This document shows positions 1-13,694 of a stretch of DNA of 64,000 nt, in pieces (positions within the stretch are counted from its first letter, which is position 1; the number at the start of each line of letters is the position of its first letter). The stretch comes from Chromera velia (lineage: Eukaryota), in NCBI GenBank assembly GCA_018398765.1, contig JAHBMJ010000432.1, forward strand, positions 1 through 64,000, written 5' to 3'. The notes beneath the pieces were generated by a model. It was not told the origin of the DNA, made no database searches, and saw nothing but the letters and a program-made list of their open reading frames with translations. A program made the translations under genes and the position numbers.

Positions 1-4
1 GTCT

Positions 5-45
5 GTGTGTGTGTGTGTGTGTGGTGTGTGTGTGTGTGTGTGTGT

Positions 46-91
<46 letters not shown>

Positions 92-100
92 CGCGCGCGT
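5..100. repeat. (GT)n/(GC)n intronic microsatellite
   Basis: Dinucleotide run directly upstream of a CAG acceptor at 124-126. Confidence 0.95.
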
Positions 101-126
101 TTGTGGACGTGCGCGAGTCAATGCAG

Positions 127-537
127 GTGGACATGTTGGGAAGAATCCATGAGAAAATTCGGTCGGCAAGGAGAAAGGGGGGGGAGAACGATAACGGTAG
201 AAAACCGCCTCCTCACGCACAGGGAGAGTCCAACAGCAGCCGCAATTCTGCAGCCAACTGGGACCCCAATCTGTTGAAGGAGGCCGATATTGCGTTCTCC
301 TTCAATGTTGAAGCACAAGGCATGGGCGCCTACTTTGAGGAAGGCAGACCTTTCCCTGAAGAGGTCGTGGCTGAAGACGAACAGACCAAAGGCAAGAACC
401 AAGACTACCAGCAACTCCCTCCTGTGAAGCCCACCAGTAGTTCATCGTTGAGTGGAAAGAGCGAAGACGACGAGGAAGAAGATCGAGGCGTCAGTCTCTC
501 TGCACCTATCAGTTCGAATGAAGACAAGAAATTCTAG
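127..537 (+). CDS. Probable terminal exon of an upstream hypothetical gene
   Basis: Acceptor after the microsatellite; open frame VDMLGRIHEK...EDKKF ends at TAG 535-537; no recognisable domain. Confidence 0.55.
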   Translation: MDMLGRIHEKIRSARRKGGENDNGRKPPPHAQGESNSSRNSAANWDPNLLKEADIAFSFNVEAQGMGAYFEEGRPFPEEVVAEDEQTKGKNQDYQQLPPVKPTSSSSLSGKSEDDEEEDRGVSLSAPISSNEDKKF

Positions 538-879
538 GGTCTCCACTCCCTTCCTTCACATTCCTTCGAGCGCTTTCGTGCCTTCTCTTTTCTTTGCCTC
601 TTTGCCTTTGTCTCCGTACATTTCTGATGCTTCTAGCGCTCTTTCTCCAGCTGTCTCCTTGTGTCTGTTGGTCTGTAGTGTTTCCCCCCGAAAAAAATAC
701 GTAACCCCCCCCACTTAGATTTTGCTTGCTTCTTCACGCACACAGAGTTGATGTCTTGTCTCTCTGTCCGTATCAAGTCAGAACTGTCTCCTGTTGGTGC
801 CCGATGTTTCATGCGAAGCTCATGTCTCCAGTCATTCACAGACTCTCCTGTGGTCTCCTTCAGCAAACCTACGTGTGTC

Positions 880-927
<48 letters not shown>

Positions 928-968
928 CCTCTCTCTCCGTCCGTCCGTCCGTCCGTACGTCCGTCCTT

Positions 969-1038
<70 letters not shown>

Positions 1039-3935
1039 ATCTTTCGGTCTCGAAATCCAGTCAAGTTGTTTTCGGAAATTTGCTCCCGACTTCCCCCGCA
1101 AGGCGACGGGAGGGGAAGCGGGAAAGAAAGAAATGAGGACAGCGTGAGTAGAGGAGGCGCACAGCTTCAACCTGGACGAGGCGCATCCTTCTCTTTCTCC
1201 TCATCTCAACCTGCAGGAGGAAGCGGCAGACCGCCATTGAATCCGGCAGGAAGGGGCAGGGAGATGTTCAGGCAGGGAACGGGGGACAGGGCTGGGGTTC
1301 GAACTCCTGGGCCCACTGTCATGCCGGGGTCCTTGAAGAACTCTTCCTCCTCCTCCTCGGCGCCTGCAACCCCCCCGGGGCCCCTTATGGTTCTTTCGCC
1401 CTGTGACGGTGGATGCGCTCTGCAATTCGCGCGGCCTGCCAAAAGACAGAAGGAGGAGGACGAAGAGTCAGAAGGTGGGTCAGCTCAGGGGGGGGAGATT
1501 CCTTCTCCCGCAGTCGAAGTGTCGCTATCGAAAATTCCTTCTATGCTTCTCAGTCTCTCTTGGAGTGCGTCCTTCGAATGCCTTCATAATCTCACTGACT
1601 TCTCTTTGTATCGGCCTGGCATATGTGCAGATGCGGAAGCGTGGAGGTTCCAGTTGCCTGAATGGACGCTCACTGCAACAGCCGACGGGTGGTTGTCCGG
1701 TAGATCGGCAGGGAAAGAGGGGAGAACCGGGGGGGGACTTTCGCATTCGAATTCGTCGAAGGGACGGACAGACTCAACGCATACACAAAGGCCGAGCGGG
1801 CTGACTGACGAGAGCTGTATGGGTGGCAGTGTGTTGTTGATCCGGACGAACACTCACATCTTGCAGGCGGGAAAGCAGGTTCTGGGAAGGTGGGTTGGCG
1901 TGACTGGTGATCAAGACATTTTTTCGTATTGACATGATGCGGAGAATATATTAATATAAGAGAAGGGAGGAGGGGGGCTCGACAGAGAACATGCTCTCTT
2001 GTTGAGACACGCTTGCTTTGGCATTTTCTTTCTGTGGGCAAATCGTTTTGAATTCTCAAATCGATCTTCCTTCCAAATTGTGGCTCTGACTGGTGTTTTT
2101 TGCGCCCTTGCAAGTATTCGAAGAGAGACTGTCCAGTTTTTTCCTCCGTGCATTCTTCTCTTCTTTGTCCTCAAGTCTTTAATTTTTCAATCCTGTAAAA
2201 CCTCTTTTCCTGGCCAGTCCAAAGCGACTTCTGACTTGCCGCGCTCACTCTGACTCTTCAACTGAGAAAAAGGAACTCGATTTCCCTGTGTGAAGTTCTT
2301 CGGACCTCTTGATCCTCTCTGCCTGCCTGCCTGCCTGCAGAATGGGGTTGTTGAAGGTTTGGAGAGAGCTTCATCCTCTCTGGAGACTGGCGGAGCGATT
2401 TGATTCTTGGAGGACCTCACTGACTGACGCACAGAGGAGGTGGAGGTCCGTGAGGGCATATGGAGGGAGGCAGGCAGGAACGCTTTCTCTCTTTGTTTCT
2501 CTATTTATTTGTTTCTGCGTGTGCTCCCTCCCACCCTTGTTCGCCTTCCATCCATCAACAAAGCAAACACACACAGGCTCTTCTCGAGGATCCATAAACA
2601 GCCGCTCTCTTCTTTCACCTGCCTGCTTTCTTTTTACTCACCCTTCGCCTTTCCCTGTGCTCCCTGTTCCCCCATGTACAGTTGGACTTGTAGGAAGACC
2701 GCGCATATCTGTCTGTGTACCCATATGGTGCGTGCATCTTTCTTGCTTGTGTTTACCCCGTCCTCTCGTTCTATGCGAAATTCCGCAGAAGAATTCGGGA
2801 CTTTGTTCTGCACTTGCGGGAGATGAGGACAGGCAGCGTGAGGTCAGTCGACGGTTTTGTTTCTTTCTTGCTTGCTTTATTTCTCTTTCTCTCTCTCTCT
2901 TTCTTTCTGACTGTCTTTCCTTCTTTTGTTTTTTTGCTTCTCTTGACCATACCACCACCTGGGCGTTTGGACATGAGCGAGCAGACCTTTCCTTTCCTTT
3001 CCTTTCCTTTTCTCGTGACGACCTCTGCCTGCTTCATTCAGGTTGTTCACCCATCCATCTGAAAGGCTTTCGAATGTTTCTCCTATCATCATAGCACTGA
3101 TTTGCCCTGCTGTCTCTGCTGTTGAGTCTTTCTGTCTGTCAGTCTTTCTGTCTTTCGCTGTTTCTTCACCCCCCCACCCTCTCTCATCTGCGAAGTCCCG
3201 CTTTTTATTTATTTTCTCTCGTCTCGGGTATACGCTTTGTTTCAACAATGACAGTCTCGTATGCATACGAATGCCGCACCACCTTTTTGTGCTTACTTGA
3301 CTTGACTGCAGTCTGGAGGAAGGGCTCCGTCGCAGAACTGCCTGCCGCAACTACGTGTGCAGCTTCAAGAAGCTGTACAACGTCCCTGACTCCCCCTGTG
3401 TTTGGAGGAGGGGACTGCAACCGGCAACTGAGAGAGACTGGCACATCCTCAGACAGACACAGACGGCATTTCACGGGGGCAGGATTGCAGCTTGGCGAGC
3501 AATGGCGCACACGGAGCTGCGAGTAGAGAGGCTTCTGAATGCCTCTTCGATCCTCTCGCATAGAGAAAGCCTCGATCCTGCCAGGCATGGTCGGTCGGTT
3601 CGTTCCTAGGTTGCTTGAGTGGGTGAGTGAGTGGTTGGCTAGTTGGGCCGTCAAGTTCCTCTGCTACCTTTTCTCCTTCCTTTCTTCCTTCAGACTTCTG
3701 GGAGACCTGTAAAGCGGAGGTTGTTTTCCTTGTTGGCCAATTGCGAAGGTCCTCTCTGTGTCTTGAGAGAGACTGGTTGCCTGGTTTTCGCAAATAGCTT
3801 GTTGCCAATTCCGTACTCTCTGCACGGCTGTCAACCGGTGTGCTTTCTTCCCCCAGTCGAACTCATTCTTTGTTTCTCTCTCGCGCGATCCACCGATCAT
3901 TCTAGTCTCCTTCTTTGTGACAGAGATGATTTCGA

Positions 3936-3991
<56 letters not shown>

Positions 3992-6900
3992 TGTATGTGT
4001 GTGTATGTGTGTGTATGTGTGTGTATGTGTGTGTATGTGTGTGTATGTGTGTGTATGTGTGTGTATGTGTGTGTATGTGTGTGTATGTGTGTGTATGTGT
4101 GTGTATGTGTGTGTATGTGTGTGTATGTGTGTGTATGTGTGTGTATGTGTGTGTATGTGTGTGTATGTGTGTGTATGTGTGTGTATGTGTTCTCCCGTTC
4201 CCTGCCAGGAGAGCTGCAGACCTGCCGGGGCACTACTCCCCGCTTTCGCAGGAGGTTGAGCCGGGGTCCCGGGCCGCAATGCCTGATGCCCTCTTAGACG
4301 TCTTTTTCTCTTCCCGATCTCCTCTCCGATGGACCCATGAGGTCGAGCCACAGGGAGAGCCGTCGGCCAACGTGGGACATGGGGGGGCCCTGAAGCGTCC
4401 CTTCGACTCAAAAATGGGGAAGAGGAGCAAAGGAAAGCGCCAGGAAATCATTGTGGAAGTCCGAGCAAAGGTGCAATGCCGATTTCGGCTCGACAATATG
4501 CACGGGCAGGCGGGGGGAATTGCGGAATTGTCGCAGTTCCCGATGACTCTTGCTCGTCCGCCGGTGTCTGTCCTCTTCCGACACGAAGGCCTCTTGCAGG
4601 CAGGTCCAGTGTCAAATGCGGGGGTGTTCCCTAGAGCATTCCCCCTATTGGACGTGTGGGGGGACATTGCCGCGTCGGTTTGTGTCGGAGGAGAGCCCCA
4701 TACCCGCTTTGATGCTGGGGACCTCTCCAGTAGAGCTCAAGTTTACATGGGAGACAGAGCGCACCTCCATCTCTTCCCTGCCTTGCCGCTTGCGTCACTG
4801 CTCCTCACTCTTGCAGGTGCCAGTGCATGCTGCGACGGTCCGACAGACCCACACATCGAGTTTGACTTTATTAACCCTGAAGTACCTACGCACAAGTTGC
4901 AGGCAGAGATGGGCAACGGAGCGCTCGGATGGATAGGAAGAACATCTGTCGGGGGAGGTTTTTCTGCAGTGCGGCCCGACGCGTGTGCGGGTCTATTTCG
5001 GGCCCCTCTTCACTGTCTGTCTGCTTTTCTTGGCAGCAACGGAGGCCGTCTGGCTGCATTTGATTGTCGGGTGGAAGTTCCAAAAATCGTCTTGGTAGGA
5101 TCACCCACAAGAGTGCATCAGTGTCCGCCCGATCCCAACCTAGCATTACCCCTTCCGTTCTTCACGCATCGTCACTGGCCCGCTCTTCTGAAAAATCAGG
5201 AAGACGACGGCAGGGGCGTTCGCATGTTGGACGGCTGGGGGTGGCCCTGCCGTCTGTTGAAGTCTCCAGGGCGGGGGCGAGCTCTGTGCAGCGCAATGGC
5301 AAACAGCACAGCAGCAGGAGCAGTCGGGGGTGGATTTGATGGTACAGGAGGGATGCATGGCTTCTTCAGGAATCCGGTTCCTCCTGTGGGAGAAGGAAGC
5401 GAGACGCTAGCAGAATTTCCAGGGGGGTTTATGGAGGTAGCATTGACCAAGAGTGAAGTGACCCTTCTAAGGGTAGAGGGGGTAGAGGATCTCCTTGCGT
5501 TGATGAAAGCATTCAACCTCCAACCCCCGATGGCAGCAGGAATCCAGATGCATTCTTTGCCTGCAGAGGAGGTCAAGCGATCCATTTCCCATGAAGTTAT
5601 CCCATGGGCGTCAGTCCTTTGTATCCTCCCGCTTCTCCTTCTGATGGCACTGGCTGAGTCGCCTCTGATCTCACAAATGCACAAAGAGAGTGCGGGCCTT
5701 CGCACTGATAAATTTGAGACTGAAATCGCGTCCTCTCTCAACTCGCTTCTCCGATCTGGAGCGAGGGCAGCTGCCGCACGATACAGAGCCCTGATCTACA
5801 CACGGCAGTGCCTCGCTGCTCGCATGTGGCTCAAAGTTCAAATGATGACAGTTCCCCAAATTTCCATTCCCCTCAGCCTCTCCTCCCCTCCCCCACCTGG
5901 TCCCCCTGTGTTTTCCATCCCCCTTGTTGCTGCACGGTTGTTCTCAAAGAACCAGCCCCCGCAAGGGGGGGTCAAAGCAGTCCCGATGGGGCCCTCAGGG
6001 GTGATGGGGGGGGGCTCTCGGGCGAACCCCCTCGTGCGTCCTGTGGGAGACGAGCGCTCTTCCCCCCGGACCCCGAGGTCAACAGCTGCGGCTGCGGCGG
6101 CAGCTGCTGAACTTGAGCGGCAAGAAGAGTCAGTGGCGATTGACGCTGTTTTGAATTCAGACAGCGAAAGGCCGGGAGGGAAAGACTTTCTTCATAGCAC
6201 GAGTGGAAGGGGGGAGGGCAGAGAGCGAAAGGACGCCCAACAGTCTGTAGGGGGGCCTTCATCAAGTCGTCGGCGGTTCCAACCGGAGGCCAGAGCGCCC
6301 AAATCACCAGAGGATGCAGATTTTGAGATTCCGAGCTGCGGGTCTCCTCCGATGGCAGCGATCGCCCCTGTAGTCCCATCACGCACCGCCACTATCCCAC
6401 CATGTCCACCCCCCTTGCCGCCTAACCGCCCGTCAACAGTTCCCGTCAGCCTCGAGCCGTTTCGTCAAGAATTTCTGTCTCGAACTTCCGTCTCCCTCTT
6501 TGGATTTTTTGATTTCTGGGCGGACATACCGCTATCGATTTCAATTTTGGCATTTATCTGTTTTGCCCGGAGGCTTTTCAATGAAGTCTCGGAGGGCTAT
6601 GATGACAGAGGCAGGGGGGGGGAGAGAATTCGGGGTGCAGGTGTGTGTGTTGGTGCAATCACACGCGTTGTCCATAAAACCATCCGATCGATCTGTAACG
6701 TAGGGGGGGAGGAGGACGGGACCCGAGACTCGTTCGGTGCCGTCGTGGGCGGGTCTGTGCCTCTGAGTCTGGCGGCATGGGCGGGTCTTCTTCCGTACTT
6801 CCACGCTTTTTGGTCTGTTGGGGGCGAGGGAGGGTTCCGCGATTTGACGATCCGGCTGGGGTCCAAGCGCATGCAGATCCCTGTGCTGTCCTGGGTTGCC

Positions 6901-8892
6901 CGTGGATCTCGTCTGTTTCTCCAGGAGACCCATTCGGACACGATGAACTTCCTCCTCTGTATGTGTGCGGATGCAACTGCAGCCGGTGAGTCAAGAGGAA
7001 TCTTTTGCTTGCCGGGTCTCGCTTTCTCCGGTCATGCAGTCAATGAAGCCACATGATATCTTGCTCACACTACCGAGATGCCTGCCACAAGTGTCGCAAT
7101 CGAGGGCGTCAAATGTCGTTGCACAAAAAGAGAGAAGGAAAGATAAGATGCGCATGGGAGAAGGTGCTTTTCTCTGCTTGTTTCCTCGTCCTTCTCTGTG
7201 CTGATTCATTCAGCCCTGTGCTGTGTGTTTTTGCAGACGGAGAGGGGCGAACGGCTCTTCACTGGGCTGTCCTTTCCGGGAGTGAACAATTGACAGCAAC
7301 CCTTCTGGCAAATTGTGGGCCCGAGAAGATCGGCATCAACCGAAAGGTGAGTGCTTGGAGGGAGGTTCGAGCTGACGGAAGCAGACATTTACGCTGTCTG
7401 TCAGTCTTTCTGAGAATACGATATTTTTTTTCTTTCTTTCTGTGCATCTGACGATGCCCCCAAAATCATATTCATGTTTCCCTTCCGTGGTCGGGGTCCA
7501 AGCCCTGCAAAGAGGCTGCTTGAACGAAAGAGATTCTCTCAATCTGCATTTGCTTCTTATGCAACCCTCGGTCCGGTCCCCCTTGCATCCATCCATCTCT
7601 GTTGGGCGCCCCTTCAGCCCTTGTTTGCCAGGTCCACGCAAAGTCATGCAGGAGCCATCCCTGTCTGTCCCTGGATGGATCAGTCCGGCCATGCATCAAT
7701 CAATCACTTGCTTAATTGCAGGACGTGTACGGGCGCTCTGCCCTCCAGTACGCAGTTGAGGTTGGGGAACCCGGTCCGATCTGTGTGCTCGTAGAGGCCG
7801 GGGCAGACCCTGGCTGTCTCCTCCATCCCGTCCGGAGACAGCCTTCTTGTTCTGGCCCGGTTGGCACGGGGGGCGAATTTTCTTGTCTTGCCTCCAAGGG
7901 CGGAAGGGAACCTCTGGAAGGAAGGGAGGTTGAAGACGCCCACACAGAAAGGTCGGCTGATGGATGAGTGAATAGGTGCATGCATCCATGGAAGGAAGGA
8001 AGGAAGGAAGGATGTTATGTAGATCGGCATGCAGTGGAATGCGCGGGGGGAAGTCACGTGGCCTTCCTTTGATCTATGGAAGCCAAACCAGCAGGACTCA
8101 TTCTTTGTACGGCATTCAGAGGGGGATTCCCTGGCGAGATCGAATAGGCCTCTTTTCTTTTCGTCGATGCGGTTCCTGCAACCAGCCAGGTCCTCCCAGC
8201 CCAGGAGAGGGAGAGAGAGAGAGAGAAGTATAGAGGAACTGTGTGTACAGACTGATGGTAACTCGCATACTCACCTTTTGGTTGGAATACACTAAAAGGG
8301 TTCAAGATCGCAAGAATTTCCTGCATCCCCACTGACAAAGAAGGAAGATGGGCATGAAAGAACACAGAATCTCGACTCTTTTTTGTTTTTTCCAAGGGCC
8401 CCCCTCCTTGCTCTCTTACGCTATGCAGTTTCCTTGTCAGTCTGATCCGCAAGTGGAACCTGGACGGGCTGCGGTGGGTCGTCAGGGCCCTCGAGGGCTC
8501 CCCCTCCCCCTCTGGGAGTGCGGGTGAACGGTCCGACACTTTCTGTCTCCGTGAAGGGGCATCGGAAGTAAAGCACAACGTGAAGGAGACGGAAACTCTC
8601 GTGGCAGAGCTCCTGAAATCCCATCATTCACATGGGAAGAAAGAATCGGGATCTTTTGTCAGGTCAGAGGGGGGAGGGATCGTTCTACGGTCTGTTATTT
8701 TTTTCGGTATGCAGAACTGACAGGCAGTGTGATGTGGCAGTGCTCTGTACTGAGGCAGTCAAGTCATGGATCGTTTGATTACACTTCTCCTTTTGTTTGT
8801 CGTTTGCTTGGGCTTTTTTTTTTGCTCTCCTTCCCCTACAATCCTGCCCGTGTACGTGCGTACACGTGCGTGTGTATGCATGTCTCTCTCTC

Positions 8893-8970
<78 letters not shown>

Positions 8971-11900
8971 TGTTCAGGTTTCTGATGAAGGCGCTCACAG
9001 ACCCTCACCCAGACATTGGGATCATGGAGGCGTGGGTGGAGGACGCTGCCTCAGAGACCGAGCTAAAAAGGTCCATGGCCTTCGTGACAACTGCAAGTGA
9101 GAGGGGAACCCGGCCATGGAGACGGCCCCGTACCCTCAATGTGGTCCTCGAGGAGAGACGACATGACGCGGCAATGGAAAGCCTGACCAGGGAAATGAAA
9201 CTGGACGAACTTCTCTCAGTCAGTCAGCCGGTGTTGCTTGGTTGGTTTTGTTGGTGTCTCTTTGTTCGGATGTGTGCACCAGTTTTCGCGCAGGACAGAT
9301 GGACAGACACTGCAGAAGTCGTTGGCTCCCCATTCATTGTGTCCGCTCTCCTCTTTGTGTGTGGTTTCTTTATCACCTTCTTTTCTTTATCACCTTCTCG
9401 AGACAGGCAACAAGCAAGGCCGTGTTTCAGCGGCAAAAGGAGCCCCGTCGATTGCACTTTTTCTGCTCTGACATAAACCTGTCAGGGGTTGTTGAAGGGA
9501 CTTTCTTTTTTTGGTCCATCCATCGGTTAGAGAGAAGCAAACCTACATGTGGACACACACGCCTCACTCACTACACGACTGCAGTCCAGCGGGGAGCGCA
9601 AGCAGAGTTCCGCCCTTCACAGGCGGCTGCGGGCCCGTCTCGGCCTCTCCCCTCTTCCCCCCCACAGCCACGTGCACGACAGTGGGGGGGCAGTGTGGGA
9701 TCTCAGCGAGGATCTTGACCTCACCCACTCAGTGCATGAGGGCAGCTGTGAGGCCCTGAGGGCAGCTGTGGGTGCACTGACGGGTGTTGGCCTCCTCTCA
9801 AAGGAGAGCGTGCGGGGTTTGTCCCGGAAATATCCGTCTGTTGTCTCTAAGGGCGATAGACAGGCAGATCAAGCAGGGGAAGAGCGAGTCAACTCAGTGG
9901 AAGTCGGCACTCGACCCCCAGTTTCACTCCTCGTTGTTTCCCCTTGCGGTCGGACTGCAGAGGATTTTTTGCGTTTCCTCTACAGAGAAACTGACGCCCC
10001 TATCCCCCCGTCCCTCTTGTGCCCCCCCACAGGAGGAAATTCAGTGTCTCAGTCAGAGTTCATCCGATCCCATCCGTCTGTCATTCTACCCAGGGAGGTC
10101 TCTGAGGAGGGTGAGACAACGGCACATACAGAGGCAGATAGCGTTCAGTGCGAAGTGATTCACTTGGAGTCGAAACTGAGTGCAATCGCTTCTGTGGGGC
10201 CGTCGGCAATTCGCCGATTTGTTATAGAGGACGGAGAGAGGGAAAGGGGGGGAAGTGAGAGCATGGCAAGAAAGAAAAGAGGAATTTTAGTTATTCCTTT
10301 TCCCTTCCAAGTTCCGCTTGTCTCCATACGTGAGTGGCTCTGGTCCTCCGGGCTCTCCTCGATTCTTCACGACGCCGTCCGGGGGTATCAGGAGAGAGAC
10401 ATTCTGCCTGTCGTTTTCGTTCGGGTTTTCCCAGGGGACTCGGTTGAAGAGAGCGAGAATTGGTGTCCGACAGTTTGGAGGAAAAAGCAGTTCTCGCATT
10501 TGAAGGGGCCACCACCTGTCCATATTGATGCTAGTCACATCACGTTTGTTCCCGGAGAGACCCTCATACAGAGCATTAGCCCTGACGCGATACGGGGCCG
10601 ACACCCCGGCAGTGCCGCCAGGGGTCTGGGGGCCGAGGGACTCTGGCTGTCCTTCAATTTGGCCTTCGGGGGGGGAATGCCTCATATCAGCGCAGAATGC
10701 TGCCTTTCGGGACCTTCTCTCCCCGCACCCCTCTGCTTGCTCTCGCGAGCTGCCCAGCGTCTCCTTCCTGTACTTGGTGACATGGCTGAGCGTGGAATGC
10801 TTCTTGAGAGAAGGAAGCTGGAGAGGGTGTTGGAGGGGTTGGAGGGTGGGGAGACAGTCGAGACTGCATTAGAAGTCCTAGAGACTCACGGACTTGTGTG
10901 TGGACTTGGAGGGGATGAAAGAGAAAGGGAATTCGAGTACCTCGTTCCTTCTCTCTGCCCTGCCCTCCCTCTTGAACACCCCCACTTGCATGTGCTTGAT
11001 CGCCCTTCCTCTCTGCTTCCATCAGGACACTCCCACTCCATTCACCTGAGAGTGAGGGTCCAGAGAGCGAGCAGCCTTTCTGGAATTCCGTTGATGGCGT
11101 GCGTCATGCGAGCAGTCGTTCGTCGCGCGAGTACTCTGAGTGCTTCTGATACTCCGCAATCGACTGTTGACGCAGCAGCAGCAGCAGGGTTGCACGACAG
11201 TGGAAGAGAGGGGGATGACCGGCCGAGGGGGGTGGAAATTGAAGAGGCCTTTTTCGAGCCTTCCGGGTCCTCAGGCTCTCTCTCGTCCTTTTCTGCAGGG
11301 GGAGACGCTGCATTCTTGCTCGGTTTTTCTTCCCCTTCTGTGCCAGCATCCGTCTCCGGCATAGGAGAGGACGTCGCCCATTCCGCATCTGCACAAACGG
11401 TGTTGCAGTCGCGAAGGGGAACCACAGCCACCACCGCGGTGCCCACAGGTTCCCCTGGGGATTCCTCGAGAGACAGGGGTGTGAATCGAATAGTGGGGAG
11501 AGACATTGATGCGTTGAATGGTCTCTCAGCGGGAGGAGCAACCACCCAGAGTGTCGTCAGGTCACTCGCGGCCTCTTTCGACTCGTCCCCGCCTCCCCTG
11601 CCCTCGAGGGAAGAAGGGGGGGAGCCGGGGCAATTTGCGTCGCGTCGGCTGTCTTACGCGTTTGTTGCGCGTACTGACTGCCAGAAAGTTTCCCTTCCCG
11701 GCCCTACGTACCCCTGCCGCACTGTTGGCACGTACATCGGGTTGAGAAATGCGAAGCGGTCGCTTTCGTACCGGTTGCAGGAAGTGGAGGGGTTTCGTCC
11801 TGTCGCGTTGGAATTTCATTTTACGGGCCCTCTGGCCGAGACCCTGTGCTTCTCTGCTGCCGAGGCTGCACACTCAGCAGGAGAGGTTGTGGGTGTAGAC

Positions 11901-12108
11901 ATCTGGAAGGTGGAGAGGGGGGGCTTGGATGGAGAGGGAGAGGGAGAGGAGAGCCCTGAGTCTGAGGGGGGCTGCTGGGTGGATGCGGTGAGTGAGTGTG
12001 TCGGCATGCAGGGATTTCTTTAATGGATCCATCCGTGTAGCTGTGGCGATGTCTTGCCAGTGTTGCAGGATTCTGCCCCCATCTCTCCCTCTCCATCTCT
12101 CTCTCTTC

Positions 12109-12159
<51 letters not shown>

Positions 12160-12932
12160 TGTGTGTGTCACATTGCCTGTTTCTCCCCTTATCACACCAT
12201 CTGTGCTGTCTCTGATGAATCGTTCTTTTCCACTCTTGACACTTCCCCCCCTCTCTGCTGCTGTCTGACCCCCCCTGCATGCAGAGCTCGGCTGCCCGGA
12301 GGCTTCGAGACCCAGCGGCAGAGTTCTCGGAGGGCTTCGATGACCCTCTTACCAGGGATGCCGCTCTGGCTTCACTCGCGTCAATTCTTCGGGTCGGTCT
12401 GCTCCCTCAGGCCTTCGCTTGTTCTCCTGCTGCCCCGGTGGAGCAGCTGGAGATTCTCGCCGCTCGTCTGGGTGAAACCTCGCGGGCCGCTCTTGTTGAT
12501 GTCGCAGAGAAGTGGGAGAAGGAGATGGGAGAGGAAGACAGAGGGACAGGAAGCGGGCATAAGAGGGCAACAGAGGCGAATCGGAAAGAGGCGCAGACAG
12601 AGGGTGGGGAGGATGGGAGACAAGGGTGTGGATGCTGGCCTTTCGGAAAGAGAGGTGGAAAACAGAAAGAGCAAACCCCTCGGGAACGTCTTGTTCGTTC
12701 TGAAAATGACGGAAACAGAGAAGGGAGACCGAGCCCCAGGCTTGCTCACTCTGGCGCAAACGAGAAGTTCTTTTCTCACTCCAACAGAAAAGACACGCAA
12801 CCGCCTCCTTTTCCTGCCTCGCGTCTCGCCCTCTTCGGTCAGGAGGAGAAAGCGGCCGTCCGCCAGGCTGCGCAGATGCTCAAAAATGGAGGCCGATATG
12901 GAGATGCACCTAGCCAGGCGCAAGTAAATTGA
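1039..12932 (+). CDS. Very large multi-exon protein: ankyrin repeats plus degenerate Roc/COR-like C-terminal region; 5' start uncertain
   Basis: Approximate exons with GT-AG ends: 1039-~1890, 2341-~2445, 3312-~3590, ~4209-~6985, 7237-7346 (DGEGRTALHWAV, ankyrin), 7722-~7830 (DVYGRSALQYAV...LVEAGAD, ankyrin), ~8428-8662, ~8978-9218, 9584-11987, ~12284-12932 (stop). Exon joins are not fully phased. Confidence 0.65.
3936..4190. repeat. Intronic (CT)n followed by a (GTGTATGTGT)n 10-bp-period repeat
   Basis: Directly visible tandem array; it creates the spurious 5' extension of the 1137-aa ORF. Confidence 0.95.
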
Positions 12933-13215
12933 CGCTGGCTCTAGCTCTCGCAATTGTTCATGCACGCCGTTTTATTTTATGACGCAATGACACCGCAACG
13001 CTAGCCGTAACGTGCACTAAAGTATACTCTAGAGTCTACACTAATATATGATTTTTATTTCTTTTGATTCATAAATTTATATAAAATCAGAATATATAAA
13101 CTGTCCTGTGTGCATACACATACATTGGTATAGATCTATGTATAAATGTAGTGCTACATAAAATCATATTTTATATGATTTTTTAAAAAGGAATTCCTAT
13201 AAAGCAGAATTCCTA

Positions 13216-13694
13216 CCCTGCAAAAATGAATGAATTTATAAATGAATTTTAATGGATTTAAATGAATTAAACACACTGAATTTAGATGAATTTACGTGAA
13301 TTTAAGCAGTGAATTTAGGTGAATTTAAGTAAATTTACAAGTAAATTTTGAGGCTAAATTCACTACGAATTTAAATTTCTAAATTCATTTCAAAATGAAT
13401 TTAGAGCTTTTTACATAGAAATTAAATTAATTAATTAATGTAAATTCACTTAAATTCATTTCATAGTAATTTAAAACTAAATTCATTATACGTAGTGAAT
13501 TTATACTCAATTAATTAAAATTCACTTGTAAATTCACTTAAATTCACCCAAATTCATCTATTAAAATTCACAGCTTAAATTTACGTAAATTTATCTAAAT
13601 TTGGCGTCGCTAAATCTAGGATTTAACCCTCAATCATCATCATCATCATCAAATTCACTTAAATGCATTTGTAAATTCACTCATTTTTGTAGGG
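13216..13694. mobile_element. MITE (~479 bp) with ~24-bp imperfect TIRs, flanked by TA
   Basis: TA|CCCTGCAAAAATGAATGAATTTA ... TAAATTCACTCATTTTTGTAGGG|TA; interior built of TGAATTTA / TAAATTCA motifs in opposite orientations. Confidence 0.8.

Noticed and set aside
3643..4208. N-terminal part of the 1137-aa ORF (CVCMCVYV repeats)
   Set aside because: Translation of an intronic microsatellite; the real exon starts near 4209
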